A stretch of DNA of 25,284 nucleotides from Pseudobdellovibrionaceae bacterium (GTDB lineage Bacteria; Bdellovibrionota; Bdellovibrionia; Bdellovibrionales; Bdellovibrionaceae): NCBI GenBank assembly GCA_044359815.1, contig JBIKLL010000035.1, positions 1 through 25,284 on the forward strand, given 5' to 3'. The translations under genes and the position numbers were made by a program. This document shows positions 17,885-25,284 of this stretch, piece by piece. The stretch's first letter is position 1. Each line of letters begins with the position of its first letter. The notes under the pieces are model-generated. The model did not search any database and was not told the DNA's origin. It saw only the letters and a list, made by a program, of their open reading frames with translations.

Positions 17885-19957
17885 ATGTCTAAGATTGACC
17901 TTTCATCACTAGTAAAAAATTGGCAAACGACTTCCGGTATATTCAATGCGAATTGGACCGGAACATTTCAAGATTATATGGAGCTGATAAAAGCAAATCC
18001 AAAAATCACAAGAAATGCGTTTCAGAGAATGTATGACATGATCATAGAATCTGGGACTGAAGAATACATAGATTTTAAAAAGCCAATCATCAGATATAAA
18101 TTTTTTGATGATATAAAAAATAACGGAAAAGACGCAGTGTTTGGATTGGATTTACCAATTATGAAATTGGTGAATGTCCTGAAGGCTGCATCCCTTGGAT
18201 ACGGCACTGAAAAACGTGTGATCTTGCTACACGGACCTGTTGGTAGTGCTAAATCAACGATTTGTCGATTGATCAAAAAAGGCGTTGAAGCTTATTCGAA
18301 ATCTGAAACCGGTCAAATGTATACATTTGAGTGGGTTGATAGTGATGGGACACTGGATGGTCTGTTAGGAAAAAACACCAGAGTGTTTCAGACACCGATG
18401 AACGAAGAGCCTTTGCTGTTAATCCCTGATGAGCTCAGACCAAAAATAATTGACGAAATCAATCGAGGCCAAGATAGCGGCTACCGAGCAAATATTGACG
18501 GAGAACTGTCGCCACCGAGCCGGTATATTTTCAAAGCATTGATGGATAAATACCAAGGTGATTTGATGAAGGTCTTGTCACACGTTCGTGTTAAACGATT
18601 GGTATTGTCAGAGGCTGACCGTTTAGGTATTGGAACTTTTCAACCCAAAGACGAAAAAAATCAGGACTCAACAGAGCTCACTGGTGATTTAAATTACCGT
18701 AAAATTGCTGAGTACGGATCAGATTCTGATCCGCGCGCCTTTAATTTTGATGGTGAATTTAATGTGGCCAATCGCGGAGTCATTGAATTCGTTGAGGTCT
18801 TAAAGCTGGACGTGGCGTTTTTGTACGATCTGTTAGGAGCTTCGCAAGAACACAGAATCAAACCTAAAAAATTCGCTCAGACTTATATTGACGAAGTTAT
18901 TATCGGTCACACCAATGAGCCTGAGTACCGCAAATTACAAGACAACGAATTTATGGAAGCCCTTAAAGACAGAACTGTTAAAATTGATATTCCCTATATC
19001 ACTAAATGGCGCGATGAAATTCAGATTTACAAAAAGGATTTTAATTCGCAAAAACTGCGTGGGATTTCAATTGCTCCGCACACGATTGAAATGGCTGCTA
19101 TGTGGGCGATTTTAACTAGGCTTGAAAAACCCAAAAAAGCCAATCTGACCAGAATTCAAAAACTGAAATTGTACAATGGTAAAACCTTACCAAATTATAC
19201 CGAAGACAACGTCAGGGAGCTTCGCAAAGAAACTCTCCGCGAAGGTTTGGAAGGGATATCACCAAGGTACATTCAGGATAAACTGTCTAATGCCATCGTA
19301 GCAGCTCAACAAAACAACAAAGGATCTGTAAATCCTTTTATGATCATCAATGAACTGGATTCTGGATTGAAAAATCACTCATTGATTTCAAATGAGGAAA
19401 TTAAAGCTGATTACCGCGAACTGTTAGGTGTGATCAGGCAAGAGTACGAAGAAATCATTAAAGGCGAAGTTCAGCGTGCCATCAGTGCTGATGAAAGCGC
19501 TCTGCAAAGATTGTGCGGTAATTATATTGATAACGTTAAGGCCTACACTCAAAAGGAAAAAGTCCGAAATCCCTTCACCGGGATGGATGAAGAACCAGAT
19601 GAGCGTCTGATGAGATCAATCGAGGATAAAATCGAGATCCCAGAAAGCCGCAAAGATGATTTTAGACGTGAAATCATGAATTACATCGGCGCTCTGTCAT
19701 TAGAAGGCAAGAAATTTAACTACAAGATGAACGAAAGACTGCATAAAGCCCTGGAGCTTAAGTTGTTTGAAGATCAAAAAGATTCAATCAAGCTGACGTC
19801 ATTAGTTTCATCAGTGGTGGATAAAGACACTCAGGAAAAAATCGATATCGTCAAAACCAGACTGATCAAAGATTTTGGCTATGACGAAATTTCGGCAACT
19901 GACGTGTTACACTATGTGGCTAGCATTTTTGCTCGTGGAGATGTGAAGAACAAATAA
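17885..19957 (+). CDS. prkA: PrkA/YeaG-family AAA+ protein (annotated serine protein kinase)
   Basis: Walker [69 protein letters not shown]. Followed by yeaH and spoVR. Confidence 0.93.
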   Translation: MSKIDLSSLVKNWQTTSGIFNANWTGTFQDYMELIKANPKITRNAFQRMYDMIIESGTEEYIDFKKPIIRYKFFDDIKNNGKDAVFGLDLPIMKLVNVLKAASLGYGTEKRVILLHGPVGSAKSTICRLIKKGVEAYSKSETGQMYTFEWVDSDGTLDGLLGKNTRVFQTPMNEEPLLLIPDELRPKIIDEINRGQDSGYRANIDGELSPPSRYIFKALMDKYQGDLMKVLSHVRVKRLVLSEADRLGIGTFQPKDEKNQDSTELTGDLNYRKIAEYGSDSDPRAFNFDGEFNVANRGVIEFVEVLKLDVAFLYDLLGASQEHRIKPKKFAQTYIDEVIIGHTNEPEYRKLQDNEFMEALKDRTVKIDIPYITKWRDEIQIYKKDFNSQKLRGISIAPHTIEMAAMWAILTRLEKPKKANLTRIQKLKLYNGKTLPNYTEDNVRELRKETLREGLEGISPRYIQDKLSNAIVAAQQNNKGSVNPFMIINELDSGLKNHSLISNEEIKADYRELLGVIRQEYEEIIKGEVQRAISADESALQRLCGNYIDNVKAYTQKEKVRNPFTGMDEEPDERLMRSIEDKIEIPESRKDDFRREIMNYIGALSLEGKKFNYKMNERLHKALELKLFEDQKDSIKLTSLVSSVVDKDTQEKIDIVKTRLIKDFGYDEISATDVLHYVASIFARGDVKNK

Positions 19958-19960
19958 TAT

Positions 19961-21052
19961 ATGTCGATTAAGGAAGATCACAATCGATTTAGGGATATCA
20001 TCCGAGGGAAAATCAAAGAAGATTTTCGAAGATTTGTTTCTCAGGGTGAAATGATAGGCAAACGTGAAAAAGAGTTTGTCAAAATCCCCATTCCCCACAT
20101 TGAAATTCCCACTTTCAGGTACGGACCTAAACAACAAGGTGGAGTTGGTCAGGGCGAAGGCAAGCCGGGTGAGCAAGTCGGCGATGGATCAGGTCAGGGG
20201 CAAGCGGGCAATAATCCAGGCGAGCATTTGACCGAAGTGGAATTTACAGTGCAAGAGCTGGCTGATATTTTAGGTGAGCGGTTAGAGCTTCCGAATATTA
20301 AACCCAAAGGCAATAAATCAATTGATGCGACCAAGACCAAATATTCTGGCTTAGCGCCGGTAGGCCCGTCTGGGCTAAAGCATTTTAAAATTTCTTATAA
20401 GCATGCTTTGAAACGGGAACTGTCTGCGGGAACCTATGATCCTGAAGAGCCTATAATTGTGCCAATAAAAAGGGATTTTAAATACCGCAGCTTCAAGACC
20501 GTGACAAAACCACAAACCAAAGCTGTCGTCATTTATATGATGGACGTTTCTGGATCCATGGGTGACGAGCAGAAAGAAATCGTAAGACTGGAAAGTTTTT
20601 GGATCAATGCTTGGTTAAAAAAGCACTATAAGGGTCTAGAGACCAGATTTATCATTCACGATGCGGCTGCCAAGGAAGTTTCCGAAGACGTCTTTTTTAG
20701 AACCAGTGAATCGGGTGGGACATTGATCAGCTCGGCATACAAACTATGCCAACAATTGATCGAGGAAGAATACTCACCCAATGAATGGAACATTTATCCC
20801 TTTCATTTTAGTGACGGTGATAATTGGAGTGGTGAAGACACAAGACTTTGCGTGAAATTATTAAAAGAATTCTTTTTGCCGAAATGCAATCAGTTTTGCT
20901 ATGGCCAGGTTGAAAGTAAATACGGAAGTGGTCAGTTTTTTAAGGACCTGCAGAAGGAATTTCCTGGTGATGAGCGCATGGTGATGAGCCAGATCGAAAG
21001 CAAAGACAAAATTCTGGATTCAATCAAAGATTTTTTAGGAAAGGGTAAATAG
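19961..21052 (+). CDS. yeaH: YeaH/YhbH (DUF444) vWA-domain protein
   Basis: [14 protein letters not shown], Gly-rich [38 protein letters not shown]. Confidence 0.9.
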   Translation: MSIKEDHNRFRDIIRGKIKEDFRRFVSQGEMIGKREKEFVKIPIPHIEIPTFRYGPKQQGGVGQGEGKPGEQVGDGSGQGQAGNNPGEHLTEVEFTVQELADILGERLELPNIKPKGNKSIDATKTKYSGLAPVGPSGLKHFKISYKHALKRELSAGTYDPEEPIIVPIKRDFKYRSFKTVTKPQTKAVVIYMMDVSGSMGDEQKEIVRLESFWINAWLKKHYKGLETRFIIHDAAAKEVSEDVFFRTSESGGTLISSAYKLCQQLIEEEYSPNEWNIYPFHFSDGDNWSGEDTRLCVKLLKEFFLPKCNQFCYGQVESKYGSGQFFKDLQKEFPGDERMVMSQIESKDKILDSIKDFLGKGK

Positions 21053-21053
21053 C

Positions 21054-22595
21054 TTGGCTAATTTATCTCTGGAACTAGAAAAAGAACGCGTCCGCATCTG
21101 TAAAATTGCTGAGGATGCTGGTCTGGATTTTTTTGAAACAGTTTTTGAGATGGTATCCTATGATCAGATCAGTCAGATCGCTGCCTATGGCGGGTTTCCA
21201 GTCCGATATCCCCATTGGAAATTTGGGATGGAGTACGAGCATTTGTCCAAGTCCTACGAATACGGCTTATCCAAAATTTACGAAATGGTGATCAACACTG
21301 ATCCTTGTTATGCCTACCTGATGGAAGGCAACGCCATCATGGACCAGAAACTGGTGATGGCTCACGTTTATGGCCATTGTGATTTTTTTAAAAACAATGT
21401 TTGGTTTTCAAAAACAAATCGCAAAATGATGGATGCCATGGCCAACCATGCGACCAGGATCCGAAGGTATATGGATCGTTACGGGATTGATGTTGTTGAG
21501 ACCTTTATTGACAGCTGCTTAAGTCTTGAAAATTTAATTGATCGTCACAGTGTTTATTCGCCATCAGGTCCGGCCAAGGGCAGCTCTGATGGCAAAGACA
21601 AAAATTTTATGCTTAAGTACGATCGTGAATATATGAGGGATTATATTAATCCACCTGAATTTATAGCCGAACAGAAAAAGAAAATGATGGATGCTGCTTT
21701 AAAAAAGCAAAAATTCCCGGCTCAGCCTGAGCGGGATATATTAAAGTTTCTGCTTGAGTTCGCGCCGCTGACTGAATGGCAGCAAGACGTGATGTCAATC
21801 ATCCGTGACGAAGCTTACTATTTTGCACCCCAAGGAATGACCAAAACAATGAACGAGGGTTGGGCTTCCTACTGGCATACTAAATTAATGACTTCAAAAA
21901 TTCTTAACGACTCAGAGGTCATTGACTATGCTGACCATCACAGTGGCACTGTGGCCATGTCACCGCAAGGATACAATCCGTACAAAGTGGGCATTGAATT
22001 GTTTAGGGACATTGAAGATCGCTGGAACAAAGGCAAATTTGGCCGTGATTGGGAAAATTGCGACGATGTTCGCGAAAGACAGCATTGGGATAAGCAAACT
22101 GGCCAAGGTTTTGAAAAAATATTTGAAGTCCGAAAAATCTATAATGATGTGACCTTTATCGATCAATTTTTAACTGAAGACTTTTGTGTCAGAAATAAAT
22201 TTTTTGTTTATAAATTTAATAAAAAAACGGGTCAGTTTGAATTAGACACGAGGGACTTTAAGGCTATAAAAGCCAAGTTGCTGTTTCATATGACAAATTT
22301 TGGGCAACCTATCATTAAAGTTTTAGATGCGAATTTTGAAAATCGAGGTGAGCTTTTGATGGGTCACATGTGGGAAGGTATCGACATGCAACCTGATTAC
22401 CTGAGCGAAACATTGAAAAATGTTTTTAAGGTTTGGCAGCGTCCTGTCAGCATGGCCACAGTGATGGATGGTGAAGGTCAGTTGATCAGATACGATGGCA
22501 AGGAATTTCAAACCGTAAAAAGTCAGGATCAGGAAAAAAAGCCAGAAGGACCAGATAATTTGCCTCCTGGAACCCAAGGGGGATCAACACCGTGA
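21054..22595 (+). CDS. spoVR: SpoVR/YcgB-family protein
   Basis: GFPVRYPHWKFG, SKIYEMVINTDPCYAYL, AHVYGHCDFFKNN, TKTMNEGWASYWH, NPYKVG. TTG start 1 nt after the yeaH stop. Confidence 0.93.
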   Translation: MANLSLELEKERVRICKIAEDAGLDFFETVFEMVSYDQISQIAAYGGFPVRYPHWKFGMEYEHLSKSYEYGLSKIYEMVINTDPCYAYLMEGNAIMDQKLVMAHVYGHCDFFKNNVWFSKTNRKMMDAMANHATRIRRYMDRYGIDVVETFIDSCLSLENLIDRHSVYSPSGPAKGSSDGKDKNFMLKYDREYMRDYINPPEFIAEQKKKMMDAALKKQKFPAQPERDILKFLLEFAPLTEWQQDVMSIIRDEAYYFAPQGMTKTMNEGWASYWHTKLMTSKILNDSEVIDYADHHSGTVAMSPQGYNPYKVGIELFRDIEDRWNKGKFGRDWENCDDVRERQHWDKQTGQGFEKIFEVRKIYNDVTFIDQFLTEDFCVRNKFFVYKFNKKTGQFELDTRDFKAIKAKLLFHMTNFGQPIIKVLDANFENRGELLMGHMWEGIDMQPDYLSETLKNVFKVWQRPVSMATVMDGEGQLIRYDGKEFQTVKSQDQEKKPEGPDNLPPGTQGGSTP

Positions 22596-22669
22596 TTAGG
22601 GGAATTTTTGAGAAGAGCAGAAAATTTGATTTCGCATTTAGCGAAACCCGTTCAAGAGTTTTAAATAAA

Positions 22670-22900
22670 ATGAATTTTAGGCAATTATCACAGGATCGAA
22701 TGCTGCAGATTATTTCACTGGGAGTATTTTTGGCAGCGCTAATAATTTTTGAAAGCATCACAGCTTTTGCAACACAGCCACCGCCGAAAATGACAGTGGT
22801 CGAAGCTAAAAAACTCTGCACTGCCGAAGGAAAAACCGAAGGCAAACCCCTTTTTGATTGCATCAAAGAATACGTCAAAGGCCAAAAACCTGCTAAATAA
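22670..22900 (+). CDS. Small secreted hypothetical protein with two cysteines
   Basis: Signal-peptide-like IISLGVFLAALIIFESITAFA, then a mature part of about 42 aa with C-x13-C. Start at ATG 22670 or 22700 is more plausible than GTG 22592. Confidence 0.6.
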   Translation: MNFRQLSQDRMLQIISLGVFLAALIIFESITAFATQPPPKMTVVEAKKLCTAEGKTEGKPLFDCIKEYVKGQKPAK

Positions 22901-23154
22901 GCCTGCCAGCTTAGGTTTCACCGAATCATCTTGAGACACTGATCTGAAGAACTTATTGCTATCGAAATTCTGTTCAGTGCTCTGTAAGTAATTTATTTTT
23001 GAACTGAAAGCCATTCGTAAACATCTTCTACAGTCTGAAACTGAGGTCAGAAATATTTGCCCCAGTCCTCAGTTCGCTACGTTAATTTTGTGTTATTCTT
23101 ATTTTAGAACGCATCATAACTATCTGAATTTGTTTGATGAGAAGGAGATTTGTC

Positions 23155-25284
23155 ATGTTGAGACACTTGATTTCATTATTTATAGGGTTTTTCTTCATCT
23201 CTTTAATGCCTCTGTATGCCGCTGCTCAATCCTGCCCGAAGGATCCAGCCTCTGTCACCAAATCAGGTATTGCGTTTCAAGGTCGAATCCTAAAGCCCAG
23301 TGGCGAAATGATAAATGGGACTGCAAAATTTGATATCAAGGTCTACGGGGAATCAAGCTTTATGGGTGATGGAACTCATTTACCCAGTTCTCCCAACACA
23401 GCACCTGCTGAGCGCTGTTTATTGTACACAGAATACCACCCTTGCGTTGATGTTAGTGAAGGCAAGTTTTCGATATATATAGGACATGGATCTCAGAATC
23501 GATTTGGAGTTCCTAATCTGCAGATTCAAAAAATCTTTATCAATCCTACCAGCGATATTATGCCGTTTGAAGGCAACCGCAAAGCGAGCAGTGCTATCCC
23601 AGCTATCAGTTGTTCAGTAGGCACATCAAATATGTATTTACCTGAATATGCCAGCCGCAATCGTATATTGGAAGTCATTGCTACGTTAGCCAGCGGCGAA
23701 AAAATTTCGCTTGGTGAAATGGAAATCGGATCAGTGCCCTTTTCATTGCAAGCCCAAGAAATTTCGGGTTACGGAGTTCAAAATATCTTAAAGACTAATT
23801 CTCAAACAAATAAAACCTATCGTACGATGAGCGAATCTCATGCGGATTTTTTATTTGATTTGTTTGAGATGGATGCGTCCAGCGTGAATGTGAATGCCCT
23901 GAATCTGCGTGGTAAAGCCATCAAAAATGTGGTCACTGATCCTGCGGATTTAAGCTCAGTAGCCAGCGTTGATTACGTCAATCAAAAAGCTCAGGCTCTG
24001 ACGGCAGTTGGTACCGCCGGTACATACGCCAAGGTTACAACAGATGCTTATGGTCGCGTTATCAGCGGAACAACATTAGTACCTGCTGATATTCCCAATT
24101 TAGATTTTTCTAAAATCACTACAGGATTACCAACCACACTGGCTGGATACGGGATCACTGATGCCGTATTAAATGCAGGGGGCACGCCCAGTATCAGTCA
24201 AGGACTTGATGCCGCTAAAGGTTCAGCATCGGTTGCTGGCAGAATTTATGTAGCTACTGATACCTTCAAAATTTTCAGAGCCAATGGTTCTACTTGGGAC
24301 ACCATTGGTGGTGGAACAGAATCTGATCCTATGTTTGCAGCTTGGGCTGCGGGATCACAAGCAGCCAACACAATTTATGCTGGCCCCAATGGATCAGCCG
24401 GCGCGCCAACCTTTAGAGCCATGGTGGAATCAGATGTTCCCAGTTTGTCGACAGGTAAATTAACTACAGGGATATTGCCCATTGCGCGTGGAGGAACTGG
24501 ATTAAGTTCTTATGGAAACAATTCTGTGATTGTTTCAAATGCGACGGGTTCAGGATTATCTTCTTTGAACTGTACGCCTGGACAGACTCTGGTGTTTGAT
24601 GCTTCGGGATTTGTTGGTTGTGGAGCCGGTGCAACCGGTGGAACTGTGACCTCTGTGACTGCAGGTGCAGGTTTAGCCGGTGGAACAATTGCAACTGCCG
24701 GGACGATTTCACTGGCACCGATTGCTAACGGGCAAGTGCTGGCAAACGCATCCGGGAGCATGAACCCGCCTGGCGCAACAACGGTGTCTGCGTTATTGGA
24801 TGCTGGTATTGGAAACACTCAAGGACAAGTTTTATTTCGAAACGGCACAGCCTGGGTACCATTGGCACCCGGAACACCTGGACAAGTTTTAAAATCTGGT
24901 GGACCTACTGCTGATGTTGCATGGGGGCCTGATGATGCCGGCACAGGAACCGTTTCATCTGTCAGCATGACTGTTCCAACTTTTATGGGAGTGACCGGAA
25001 GCCCGCTCACCACCAGTGGTACACTGGGAATTTCTTTTAATTCGCAAGCTGCCAATCAGTTTTTTGCATCACCTAATGGATCCGCAGGCGCGCCCGTTTT
25101 CAGGGGAATCGCAGCTGCAGATTTACCATTGTTCACTGGCAGCAGAGTTATAACCACCAGTACTTCCGGAGCCCTTCAAGCAACAACATGTCCACAAAAT
25201 GAAGTCATAAGTTTTGATGGATCAGGCAATTGGAGTTGCAGAAGTCTTGCAACCCTAGGAGCGTGGTTGACCACAGGAAATGCG
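23155..25284 (+). CDS. Secreted phage-tail-fibre-like mosaic adhesin, 5' part (at least 710 aa, runs off the window)
   Basis: SD AAGGAG (23142-23147), ATG 23155, no stop to the window end in my translation. Signal peptide MLRHLISLFIGFFFISLMPLYAAA; head domain FQGRILKPSG..CLLYTE..GSVPFSLQA; tail-fibre motifs AGTYAKVTTDAYGRV, PTTLAGYGITDA, LPIARGGTG, GTVTSV; Gly/Thr/Ala-rich. Confidence 0.88.
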   Translation, partial: MLRHLISLFIGFFFISLMPLYAAAQSCPKDPASVTKSGIAFQGRILKPSGEMINGTAKFDIKVYGESSFMGDGTHLPSSPNTAPAERCLLYTEYHPCVDVSEGKFSIYIGHGSQNRFGVPNLQIQKIFINPTSDIMPFEGNRKASSAIPAISCSVGTSNMYLPEYASRNRILEVIATLASGEKISLGEMEIGSVPFSLQAQEISGYGVQNILKTNSQTNKTYRTMSESHADFLFDLFEMDASSVNVNALNLRGKAIKNVVTDPADLSSVASVDYVNQKAQALTAVGTAGTYAKVTTDAYGRVISGTTLVPADIPNLDFSKITTGLPTTLAGYGITDAVLNAGGTPSISQGLDAAKGSASVAGRIYVATDTFKIFRANGSTWDTIGGGTESDPMFAAWAAGSQAANTIYAGPNGSAGAPTFRAMVESDVPSLSTGKLTTGILPIARGGTGLSSYGNNSVIVSNATGSGLSSLNCTPGQTLVFDASGFVGCGAGATGGTVTSVTAGAGLAGGTIATAGTISLAPIANGQVLANASGSMNPPGATTVSALLDAGIGNTQGQVLFRNGTAWVPLAPGTPGQVLKSGGPTADVAWGPDDAGTGTVSSVSMTVPTFMGVTGSPLTTSGTLGISFNSQAANQFFASPNGSAGAPVFRGIAAADLPLFTGSRVITTSTSGALQATTCPQNEVISFDGSGNWSCRSLATLGAWLTTGNA

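Noticed and set aside
22630..22646. Hairpin TTTCGC-ATTTA-GCGAAA after spoVR as a terminator
   Set aside because: Only a 6-bp stem and no following U-tract.
22841..22910. Resemblance to a c-di-GMP-I (GEMM) riboswitch upstream of the fibre gene (GGCAAACC..ACGTCAAAG..CTAAA..CTGCC)
   Set aside because: No GNRA tetraloop, no GG to pair with the CC of GGCAAACC, and it lies mostly inside a plausible CDS. An Infernal scan with the c-di-GMP-I model would settle it.
23088..23333. 81-aa + strand ORF in the track
   Set aside because: Out-of-frame overlap with the long fibre ORF, which has the strong SD and signal peptide.
24464..25055. Three minus-strand ORFs (84, 102 and 78 aa)
   Set aside because: Antisense shadows of the Gly/Thr/Ala-rich fibre gene.
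23155..25284. Prophage call based on tail-fibre motifs
   Set aside because: The protein has a Sec signal peptide, and there is no integrase, att site or other phage gene in the window.

Overview
Ordinary chromosomal segment, very probably from a Bdellovibrio-like predator (Bdellovibrionota; inferred from gene order and the terminal fibre gene). Order: xseA 3' end, xseB, ispA, tlyA, a patatin-fold lipoprotein lacking its catalytic residues, pepP, a HAD hydrolase (- strand), a GNAT-like gene, glpD. Then mreB, a degenerate ECF sigma factor, a zinc-less anti-sigma-like protein and an orphan histidine kinase. Then a hypothetical gene, lpoB, a COG3014-like lipoprotein, a PhaR-like regulator (- strand), a TPR lipoprotein, a LolB/DUF4292-like lipoprotein, prkA(yeaG)-yeaH-spoVR(ycgB) and a small secreted protein. 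The window ends in a secreted, phage-tail-fibre-like mosaic adhesin of at least 710 aa (23155 to window end) that is missing from the ORF track. I saw no rRNA, tRNA, CRISPR or mobile element. The best candidates for new biology are the mreB-linked degenerate sigma/anti-sigma/kinase unit, the pseudo-patatin, the modular fibre adhesin, two empty MEP-pathway gene slots, and paired sigma28-like promoters. All family calls come from motif recognition by eye, not database searches.
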